46,123 nucleotides of DNA from positions 12,465,138-12,511,260 of the forward strand of contig NC_057753.1 in assembly GCF_004010195.1 (NCBI RefSeq). Direction: 5' to 3'. The DNA comes from Chiloscyllium plagiosum. Its lineage: Eukaryota. The position numbers were made by a program, and so were the translations under genes. Below the pieces are notes generated by a model, which saw nothing but the letters and a program-made list of their open reading frames with translations, had not been told where the DNA came from and made no database searches. Of the stretch, positions 26,512 through 36,343 are shown piece by piece. Position 1 is the stretch's first letter, and each line of letters starts with the position of its first letter.

Positions 26512-27916
26512 CGTGACAGGTCTTTCACTTTGTAAAGGTTATTCTGTCCTGGTTTTTTTTGAAGAGAGTCTGTAAATACATCGGTTCAGAACTGCATACT
26601 GGAGATGGCCTACGTCAACATGTTAGGAGGCTTTCAGATTTTTTTCATGAAATTGGAAAAATGGAAGCAGTTTGAAAGAATGTGGCCAGATCTCACAAAG
26701 CAGGCTTTCTAGTCTTTTCTTCAGCCTGAGCAGTGAGAAGCTGTTTGTGGTCCCAGAAGAGCTGGACGCTTCAGTGAATGATTTCGATCTGCTATTTTCA
26801 CTGAAATCACTCTTGATGTTCTTTCCTCCTGTATTGGAGAACTACATGTCAGAACCTGTCTTTGAATTTATCTTTTTGTCAAGAAGCATGTTCCGAACAG
26901 AATATAATAAATCAGAACAGGATATAATAAAATAGAAAAGAATAGTATATTCTTTATTGTAACGTAAGCATTTTGTGAAAAGGTTTTAAACCGTCTGCCT
27001 TCTTATGGCGATATCTCATACACAAATGCATAGGTACAAATCTTGCATACAATAGTGAAATGAAAGGAGTTGCAAAACTTTGTAGTATTTAAAACTAAGT
27101 ACCAAAAAAAGCGGTATCAATGGGTTGAAATTACAGCAAGGTAAGAAGTTTCAAATATACTTTACATTGTCACAGCTCAGCGCAGAGCGTCCACGCTGAC
27201 CCTAGTCTAAAAACCGTCCCTGCTTCGCTCCAAGCCTCCAGTCCACTCCGCCCAAGCACTCAATTGCTGCAAGATAAGTTTGAGAACTGCCTTCCCCTCG
27301 CCAGTCTTAGTCCAGAACGTATAGCTAACTCGTGGATTCAAGAGCTTACTTGCAACTGCTCTGGGACTCACAGCTCTCGTACTGTTCCGGGCCTCGCAGC
27401 CCATGCACTGATCCAGGAATACTGAGTTCTCGCAGCTTCCATGCTGTTTCATGGCTTGCAACCCACGCGCTGTGCTTGGCTTCATTGCCCTGGTACTTGT
27501 TGCCCGTGCCAGCCGCTGCTCCACAATTCACTTTTGGCGCTAAAGAGAGAACAAGAAAAAAAGAGAGAAAAGAAAAGGAAAAGAAAGAGAAAAAAATAGG
27601 CGAGGCAGAAGTGCTCCAGCTGTCTTGCCAGTGGTGTTATGGGATTTACTGGATTCGATCAATTAATTAGTAACAGGTACCTGATCCATCATTCTGTTAA
27701 ATTTTCCAAGCATTAAGTTATTTTAAATTCTGTTTTCTTTTGCGTGTATATTAACGGCAGTGTTTGAATAAATTGTGTTTTGTGTAACCTCGTGGTTGTG
27801 GACCAGTCACATCACATCTGGAACAATCAGTTCGCATATATCATTAAAATAAGAAAATCATAGTGTCTAGGCTCCATTCTTTAAATGTTTTCAGGGGCTA
27901 TGATCTAGTCCATAAG
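26512..27916. mobile_element. Second copy of the LTR-like repeat in opposite orientation, with a nested LINE-derived insert at ~26930-27630
   Basis: Homology to 23365-23520; an abrupt compositional change marks the inner insert. Confidence 0.45.
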
Positions 27917-29215
27917 AACTGGAACAGAGGGAACGAGGAGCTGACACTACAAAGATATTTCATATTATGCATGTGTTCAAAGAGGCGGATGTGGAAACTC
28001 ATTATTTTGTGAATGGGTGAAGAATAAAGAATTATCAATGCAGCCGTTTCACAACAGGACAGTTCGAGAAAAAAAAAAGTTTTTGTTACCGAATCGCATC
28101 AGAATACAGACCTCATTGAAAAGCAAAGTGCATGGAGCTTGCGGAGGTCATGTCAGGAGAAGGAAAATTGCAGGAGACAAAGGAACAGAAGAGCACGACG
28201 CCTTAGTGAAAATTGTTTTGTGACGGTTACAGCGGTGAAAGTTTGGTGTAAAGTATAAAGTTCTGGCATTCTCCAGTTGATGTTCGATTTACCCGCCACT
28301 GTCCTGAACATTGTACATAATGTAAAACGCAGAGGTTCGGGGAGGATGGGACAGAATCAGACAATTTATTTGTCGGGAATTTAAATTTTCGGAAACGCAG
28401 AAGAGGCAATTCCCATTAAAATTAAAATCACAACAGATTCTGCACAAACTGAAACCAACTGACAGTTCTGAGTCTGCCGGGAAAATCCTCACGATGATGT
28501 AGAACCTCAAACAAACGAAAGCATAAATAAAATAAGATGAACCAAATTACCTTCAAAAGTCAAATTAGTGCGAAGTGGAAAAATCTACTCCCGTGAAGGA
28601 GGAATATACCTTCCATTACCATTGAAGTGAGAAATAGAAATGATTACTTTTTGACGTTCAAACTCAACGCAACTGACTTTGTCTTTTCCACTTGATTCTC
28701 CTTTGAGCGGTACGAAATACAGTTTATGCTTTTACATAAAATCTTATTGGAAAGTATTTGTCTAACTGAGGTTTATTTTTCCCTAAGGAAATATGCAAAT
28801 GCAAATTTCAGATAAAGCTCTCATGCATTTGTCATTTTATTGTTATCCCTGCTCTCTGAAGCTATAAAATAATTAGTCTCACGACTCTTGCTACTTCCCC
28901 AGAACTTCACAAATTTGACAAACCCCTGTGTTTATCTAGGTAAATTCTGTCAGTGTTCATTGAAACTGCTTTCTCCATCCTCTCCCTGCTGTTGAGGAGA
29001 ACAAACCAATTTCCCCAAGGACTAATTTTCCAATAGTTGTCTTCAAAAATGCAGAAAGTAATATCTGAAGTTATTTTTCAGAAAATCACAAACTTTCTCA
29101 TATAATTATCATCTTTCCGTTACGTACAATGGATTAGCAAACAACGAGTGCCGTTTCTATGCTACAGTCCCCATTCACAAATTTCCCACATCCCACAACT
29201 GGAAACCACTGAATT

Positions 29216-29374
29216 AGTTTTTGCAGCTCTCTCACTTCTCTGCTTTGCTGTGGCTGTAATCCTCAATACGTTCAGTTTTTTTGCACACCTGTCTCTATGC
29301 TCTGTATCACTGTGTCGTGTTCGTCAGTATCGTTATGCTTTTGTACAGCTCTCTCCATGCTCTGGATGACAGCG
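29216..29374 (-). repeat. Three tandem 23-type RSSs, 60-bp period, behind the supporting Vdelta
   Basis: RSS1 29374-29336 CGCTGTC+23+ACAAAAGCA; RSS2 29314-29276 CACAGTG+23+GCAAAAAAA; RSS3 29252-29216 CACAGCA+21+GCAAAAACT; homologous spacers; nonamers at 29336, 29276 and 29216. Confidence 0.88.
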
Positions 29375-29697
29375 TATGGGGAACGCCGATTCAGTGCACA
29401 GCAATACACAGCAAAGTCACTCAATTGTATTGTGGAGATCTTTAAACGACTGATTTTCGCAGCAGAATCAATATCAGCAGAAATTCTTCTTCCAGCTACG
29501 TTTTCTTTATTCTGCTGTCCTGAGGCGTATCTCAGGTATTTCAGAACCTGTTCCTGGGACATGATAGTACCAGTAAATTGTATACTGACGGAACCCTGAA
29601 TATTTACAGCTTAAAGTAACAGTGTCACCTGCAGCAGATGTTTGGAAAGTAGGACTATGGGACACCAGGGACGGTAAAACAAAGCTTATGCATATTT
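29375..29697 (-). pseudogene. TRDV: NAR-TCR supporting TCR delta V segment (leaderless), frameshifted
   Basis: Phase-1 acceptor at 29698-29700; VSHSPTFQTSAAGDTVTLSCKYSGFRQYTIYWYY, +1 frameshift near 29562, then QVLKYLRYASG..LKISTIQLSDFAVYCCALNRR; no leader or donor seen just upstream; lies downstream of a NAR-like V-D-D-J. Confidence 0.85.
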
Positions 29698-30379
29698 CTG
29701 GCGAAATGTGCATTTGGTAAAACATTTTATTCGTTCATTCTCCTCCTTATGAATACAAGCAGCTTGCAGAATTGCGTAACTAATAATAATCCCCACTGTG
29801 TTACATCACTGTCCTTAGTAAGATCCAACTGAAAGTCATAAAACTCATCAGCAGTGATTCAGATAGATGCCCGGTAGAGCACAGTGTCAGAGAATAGAAG
29901 CAAAGATGACACAGCGGAAGGTCATTCGCTCTGGCCGTACATGCTGCCTCTCTGAACGAGGAATTCAGTCGCTACCAGTTCCCACTCTCTGCCAAACAGC
30001 CTGACTCATTCTCAATTCTTAAATAATTACACAAATTCCTCTTGAACACCTGGATCAAGTTTGCCCGTCCTGCAGTCTCAGGAAATACATTCCAGATCAT
30101 AATCATTCACTGTACAACTCCTTTTTCTGAAGCCGACATTGACTCTTAAACCAATTCTTTTCAATGTATTACTTTCTGTTCTCGAGCTTTCCATTTACAG
30201 GAGCAGTTTTAATTCATCTAATCTATCCATACTCTTCATAATTTGGATTACCTTCACCATGTAGGAAGCACGTGAATGCTTTGCAGAGGCTCAAAATAAA
30301 GTTTATCAGGATGTTCTTTGCTGTGAAGGATATTAGTTGTAAAGAAGTATTGGATATAATTTTTTTTGTCATCAGGATG

Positions 30380-30750
30380 CAGGCGGTTGAGGGGAAACCT
30401 GATAGAAGTTTATAAGATTGTGAGTGGCTTGGATAGAATGAAATGTATGAAGGTTTTTTTCCCCAGGACACAGGTTAAATGTGCAAGGGGGGAGACTTTA
30501 AAAGAGATTTGCGAGGCAAGTTTTCCACACAAATGTAGCGGAGTGCCTGGTTTGCGTTACCAGAGGAGATGTTGGAAGCATGCACAATAGCAGATTTTAA
30601 AAGGACCTGGACGAATACATTAAAAGGAAGGAAATAAAGGGATGGGGATTCTGTGTGTGAAGACAATTTAGTATGCAAGGGAAACATGTGTGAGCGGGTT
30701 CTTCAAGTGCTGAAGACCCTGTTCCTGTGCTGTATTTGCCATTGTTCTGA
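30380..30750 (+). mobile_element. CR1 LINE 3' fragment
   Basis: RRLRGNLIEVYKIVSGLDR followed by 3' UTR. Confidence 0.75.
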
Positions 30751-31149
30751 TTCTTCCCTTTTCTAAAACTTCTCTTCTGGAAGAAAAGTAGTCCCAACGT
30801 CGTCAATCCATCCCCGTCTCCGAATTCCCAGGATCGTCAATTAATTGTTGTAAATGTTTCTGCGTGCTCTATCGTGCCTTTAATCCGTCCTAAATCACGT
30901 TTCCCTGAACCTGACACAATGTTCTCGTTGTTGTCAAATCTGGTTCCACAGTGTTCGCACAATTTCTTTGAGTTTGTCCTCAATGTCCCTCTTAATGAAG
31001 CTTGTGAAGCTGGATGCTTGATTTTGTGACCTCTTACGACACTATTTATTTTATGCTGGAACGTAATTTTTTCCCGATATTTCCTCACCACATTGAAGTT
31101 CCAGTGTACTTTTGCAACTGTTTGTCTTTCCCTAAATCCTGGAATCAAA

Positions 31150-31460
31150 GATGGCACGCTGGCTCACTAGTTCGCAGTGTTATCTCACAGATCTATTTAC
31201 CCAGGATCGATTCCAGCCTCGGGGGACCGTGTGTGGTGTTTGCACATTCTCTCCACATCTGCTGGGTTTCCTCCAGGTGTTCAGTTTTTTCCCCCCACAA
31301 TCCAGGTTAGGTGGATTGGTCATGGAAAATTGTCCATTGTGTTCAGGGATGTGTAAGTCAGATGCATTAGTCAGGGGAATGCTCCTGGGTGGGTTACTGT
31401 TCGGCGGGTCGGTGTGGACCTGTTTGGCCGAAGCATCTGTTTCCATGCGATAGGAATTAT
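31150..31460 (+). mobile_element. HE1/V-SINE, older copy
   Basis: Homologous to 34707-35025. Confidence 0.75.
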
Positions 31461-32539
31461 AATTCAATCTCAATCGGTTTCACTTTTCTGAGAATTGCTA
31501 CAAGCCACTTCATTTCATTTTCTTATCAATATCTGTCAGTTTGCGGCCGTGGTTTGCTGATTCCCATCACGTGAATTGGTACCAAGTCTCCATATTGGCG
31601 TTTGGGCTTCGCCAGTGCCATTTGCACCTTGGTTTTACCGTCACTGAGATCTACATTCTCAGGATGTCAAACAATTTCAAGTCCATCAGTCCATTGATGA
31701 ATAGTTCTCCGTGTTTCCTGGCAAAGTGTTCTCTGAAATTTTCATCATGTGGAATCTTCAGATCAGGAACAGTCCATTCAGAGCAATTGCCTGCATCTGG
31801 TTCTTGTACTCCACAAATGCCTCCTCCCAACTGACTGTACTGAGCGTGATTCCTGTTTTCTTCTAATCCCTTGCATTTTAACTTCCGTATTTTGCAACTA
31901 CGTCATCATCACAGCACACCATTCTCTCCAAACACTCAACATGTCAGCCAGCTTCACATTCGTATCTGTCTCTGTACAAATATATTCCTCCCAATGTATC
32001 CATCTGCTGTTTTGGAGCTTCATACAGTTGTACTGCGCAGTGTTTTGTTCTGGAGTGACAGACAGTTGAACAAATGTCTCCACACGCAATTCATTCAGCA
32101 TTTCACTCCAGATCAAAGATTTTTATGGAATCTTCTCATACTCCCTGACTTTCTATATGAGGTCCAGGTTGTTCTAACGCTGAAAATGATGCGTAAGTCT
32201 GCTCAACCCTATACTCAGCGGTGTTAAAAAAAACAAAGTTGATAACGTAAATGCATATTAATCTGAACAGGAGATTCCACCCTGAGTAGGGCGGTAAATT
32301 TCAGGAATATCAAGGTGGTTCAACTGTCTTCACATCATCCTCTGCGCTGTTTCCAAATGCATTGAACTCTTCGTATTCAAACGCCTAACAAAGGGATTAC
32401 TTATGGGATCCATTAAGGGATAGATACGTTTAATTAGGTCAATCTGAGTTTTAATAAGGTACAGTTAACATAATGCAATCCAGAGTAATTAAATCTGTAA
32501 TTGTGACCCTTCACGGAGCAGTTGAATTTCAATATCATC

Positions 32540-33590
32540 GAATCAGGGATGTACAGCTAGGAGTCTTCAGTCCAATCCGTCCATGACAATCAGATATTCT
32601 ATATTAATGTAGCTCCATTTGCCATCATTTGGCCCATATACGTCTCAACCCTTCCAATTTAAATATCCATTAAGATGCCTTTTCAGTGTTGTAACTGCAA
32701 CACCCTTTGCATCTCCCTTTGGCAGTTCATTCCATGAATGCACTACACTCTGCATGAGAAAGGTGCCCCAATATCATTTTAAAACCTGCCGCTCCCCCGT
32801 CTTAACTGAAACATATGCTCTCTCGTTTTGTACTCCCTTACCCTGGGAAAAAGACGTTGACTAATCACTCGATCCATGCCCGTCATGATTTTATAAACTT
32901 CTGAAACACCTTACCCTCTGACGATCCAGGGAAAACAGCCTCAGCCTATTCAGCGTATCTTTACATCTGAAAAACGCCAAGCCTGGCAAAACCCTTGTAA
33001 ATCTTTTCTGAACCGTTTTAAGTTTCACAACATCATTCCTATAGCAGGGGGACCAGACTTGAACATAGTATTCAAAAGTTGGCCTAAACAATGTCCTGTA
33101 CAGCTGCAATGTGGTCTCCTACCTCGGATATGTAATGCACTGACGACGAAAGGCAAGGGTACCAAACGCCTTCTTCACAATACTGTCTACATCTGACTCT
33201 AATTTCAAAGAACTATGAACCTGCAATCTACAATCTCTTGTTCAGCAAAACTCCCCTGAACCTTACCAGTAAGTGTTCAAGCCTGCCCTGATTTTCATTT
33301 TTCAATTGTTGCACTTCACTTTTATCTGATGTGAACCCCATCTGCCATTCCTTCAGCCATCAGCCCATCTGATCAACGTTCCATTGTATTTTGAAGTAAC
33401 CTACAGTGTTGTCCACTACACCACAAATATTGATCTCACCTGCAATCTTACTAACCACATCTCTTTAGTTCACATTCAAATCTTATATACATAATGACAA
33501 AAAATAGGGAGACCGGCACCGAGCCTTGTGGCACAACAATGGTCACAGTCCTTCCGTTCGAAAAGCAACCCTCGACACCACACTCTGACC
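32540..33590 (-). mobile_element. CR1 LINE ORF2 3' part (RT to tail)
   Basis: ORF 32891..33109 LYRTLFRPTFEYYVQVWSP..VQKRFTRVLPGL; RT region remnants up to ~33590. Confidence 0.85.
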
Positions 33591-34706
33591 AAACACCAGA
33601 TCACATTTCAATAACGTGAGGAAGAAAAGCCAAACAAACAATATCAGCAAAGGAATAACTTTCAAGGTTATTTCGTCTCTGTAATTACTAAAAAAAGATA
33701 AAATTGCACTGATCATACAAGTGGTGTTAGATCAATGACCTCAGTTGTATGAGAATCTCGTTCAAGATTGGCATGATAACAGACAGTCTAGAAGACTGAA
33801 AACAAGTTATAAATGAAGGCACATCAGAAACATTTGCAGTGAGAATTCGGTAATATTTTGAAACGAGCCACAGCCAAGAGGAGACGCTGAGTTCGAAACT
33901 GAGAGAAGACTATGAATTGTCAGACTGAAACTAGCCAGTTGTCATCCACAGGCAGGATCTAGATTGTAGTCAAATCATTAGATGCTGCGTCGATTGTCTG
34001 CTTTCAAATGAATGATAAGGTGAAACATAGAGAGGAAGTTGGAGTCTTTTCTAATTTCGCTGTTTGTACTTCGCTGTGGAATTCGAGATCCCCGTTCAAA
34101 AGAAAGGTCAACACCAGTATCTCAAACATTAAAATAAGGAAGGAAATAATTGCCTATATAGGCACAACTGAAAGAAATGTCACAAAGAATAAAGCCGAAT
34201 TCAGTCACTGGCTGCCCGGTAATAAAATTCTGCAAGAGCTAAAATCAGCATGTCTGAAGCTCCCTCTGTCATTTTCTCGGCTTTGTACCCCCTCCAGAAT
34301 TTATACCAATAATTGCAAAGCGAAATGCTCTTTTTTAGTTCCACATTCCCATTGACAGTACCAGGGAGAAATCGTTTGCACAGAAGACAGCTCCTTTAAC
34401 ACGTTCCTGTGTTCACAGCAAAGTTCAACTCAACACGTGTGAGTGAGTGTTCCAACTTTGGTAACCTGAATCCATTTTAAACAAATCAAATTGCATGAGA
34501 GTCTGGGGTTATGGTTGCATCATCCGATGACCGTTTTGAACAAGGATGTGTCAAATGAGGCCAACAACACTTATTCGCCCATGTCTTGGGTTTCACTCCC
34601 GGACTTGACTCATGCAGATAATTCTGCTCTCAAATCTAAATTTGTAACAAACGTGTTTCTCAGAAATCTGTTGAATTTAGCTGAAATTGTATTGAAGAAA
34701 TATAGT

Positions 34707-35025
34707 GGGTGGCACGGTGGCACAGTGGTTAGCACTGCTGCCTCGCAGCGCCAGAGACCCGGGTTCAATTCCCGCCTCAGGCGACTGACTGTGTGGAGTT
34801 TGCACGTTCTCCCCGTGTCTGCGTGGGTTTCCTCCGGGTGCTCCGGTTTCCTCCCACAGTCCAAAGATGAGCAGGGTCAGGTGAATTGGCCATAATAAAT
34901 TGCCCGTAGTGTTAGGTAAGGGGTAAATGTAGGGGTATGGGTGGGTTTCGCTTCGGCGGGTCGGTGTGGACTTGTTGGGCCGAAGGGCCTGTTTCCACAC
35001 TGTAAAGTAATCTAATCTAATCTAA
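34707..35025 (+). mobile_element. Young HE1/V-SINE (tRNA-derived) with (TCTAA)n tail
   Basis: A box tggcacagtgg, B box ggttcaattcc, V-domain gtttgcacgttctccccgtgtctgcgtgggtttcctccggg, CR1-like 3' end. Confidence 0.92.
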
Positions 35026-35098
35026 GATTACAAGAATGCAATAATAGTACGCTGTTTCCTGGACAGTTTTGAACACGGTGGGGTTTGGAGTCACTTGC

Positions 35099-35147
35099 CA
35101 GCTGTGACAGTCATCTCCGTTCTGAATCCATCTATTGTTCCATCGGT
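35099..35147 (-). pseudogene. NAR-TCR J segment (degenerate)
   Basis: DGFRTEMTVTA (from a GxGTxLTV motif), phase-1 donor g|gcaagt in phase with the supporting-V acceptor; RSS damaged. Confidence 0.6.
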
Positions 35148-35463
35148 CACACAAATGCAAGAACTAATGACACCTTAATGTCCTGGGCGAAAGTCACCAG
35201 TTGGCTCTGCGTCAGTATTGAGGAGAGTTGAATCAGTGCACTCGATTCCAAGTTTGATACAATACATCAATTCAAGTTGTTCTTGAGGAAATTCTAAAAT
35301 CTCAGAGAACGTGAACTGGAGATGAACCCTTCGTAGAAATTGAGAATAATGTCAAAGAAAGAGAACAGAAGTATGAAACTACAGTAAAGTCAAACCAGGA
35401 TGCGAACTTCTCCGAATGCATTTGTGGGTACAGGCCAACAGAATATCTATTGCAATTGTGAAT

Positions 35464-35535
35464 GATATTTGTTTAGGTCTCATCCACTGTATGATTCCAC
35501 CCAGTAACACAATATTTCTAGACAACATCAAATCT
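35464..35535 (-). other. NAR-TCR D segment (D2, 16 nt at 35492-35507) flanked by 12/12 RSS
   Basis: Core ttactgggtggaatca; downstream TACAGTG+12+ACAAATATC; upstream (read outward) CACAATA+12+ATCAAATCT. Confidence 0.7.
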
Positions 35536-35652
35536 CCCAGTATTGGTCAGGTGTGGACTTTTTTTGTAAAAAGCGACTTCAGGTGCTCGCTTCATACGTT
35601 TGATGCCATCTAGTATTAGTGAATCCTGAAAGGCATCCGTCATTCCCAACAG

Positions 35653-35724
35653 CGTTTCACTGACGACTATCCCATAAAACACATCACTACCAGATCCCCT
35701 CAGCATTTAGAATAGTTAAAAACC
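35653..35724 (-). other. Putative degenerate D segment (D1) with 12-like and 23-like RSS
   Basis: Core gggatct; upstream (read outward) CTCAGCA+10+TTAAAAACC; downstream GGTAGTG+23+AGTGAAACG; both signals decayed. Confidence 0.35.
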
Positions 35725-35849
35725 ATAGCAATGACAAACCAGTTTTATGAGAACCAGGACAGCGGAGTTGGTGGTAAGAGGGGGCGATAAGGGCTGCTCA
35801 GGGTGATTGGTTTCGAATTTTCACATTCTTCTGTGATAATCTGCGAAGA

Positions 35850-35888
35850 CAGTTTTGAAATCGCGCGAGGCCAAGCCACATCACTTAG
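35850..35888 (-). promoter_or_regulatory. Degenerate 23-RSS of the NAR-TCR V
   Basis: CTAAGTG + 23 nt + TCAAAACTG immediately after the V end. Confidence 0.55.
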
Positions 35889-36343
35889 TGCTATAACTGT
35901 ACAAGGATTTAAAATAAGAGGTGGCAGTATCTTTCACATTCTGAGCATCTGGCGAAAATGTATTTTCTGTTCTATTCGAAATCAAGACAAATCATCCTCC
36001 AGATAAGATCCGGTCCCGCTCTGTTCCAGTCTGTGTTTATCAGAAGAAATCGCCATCCTGCAAAGGATATGCAAAGAAGCCACCCTAGAAAATGCAGTCG
36101 ATGGTGAGAGACTGGCACTCTTCCTTGATGTCCGCTGGTGGAGTCTGTACCACTGAATGACAGACACATCCTGGAAATTAAAAAAAGGAGATATAGTCCG
36201 CAAAGTGGAACTGAGCCAGAGACAATGCCTGTTTTTTTCATTGATTCATGAAGCTTTGTACCAAATGGGCACAGTATTAGATTGTTGGATCCGTACTTAC
36301 CGGCTAAACAGGCAAACAGTGTAGGGACAAGAAGGAGTCACAT
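35889..36343 (-). pseudogene. NAR-TCR (IgNAR-like) V pseudogene with leader exon
   Basis: Leader 36343-36301 M*LLLVPTLFACLA/G, donor gtaagt, 130-bp intron; V exon 36170-35889 VVQTPPADIKEECQSLTIDCIF*..FF**TQTGTERDRILSGG*FVL..NTFS..KDTATSYFKS: VNAR-type short FR2/CDR2 and an extra FR1 Cys; 5 in-frame stops; missed by the ORF track. Confidence 0.85.

Noticed and set aside
29794-29890. Isolated heptamers upstream of the supporting V (near 29794 and 29880) suggesting a D segment
   Set aside because: No correctly spaced nonamers.
31541-31834. ORF containing VNWYQ, resembling V framework 2
   Set aside because: Lacks correctly spaced cysteines, YYC and an RSS.
34721-34760. CACAGTG heptamer close to the J segment
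   Set aside because: Part of the SINE A-box region; no nonamer at 12 or 23 nt.
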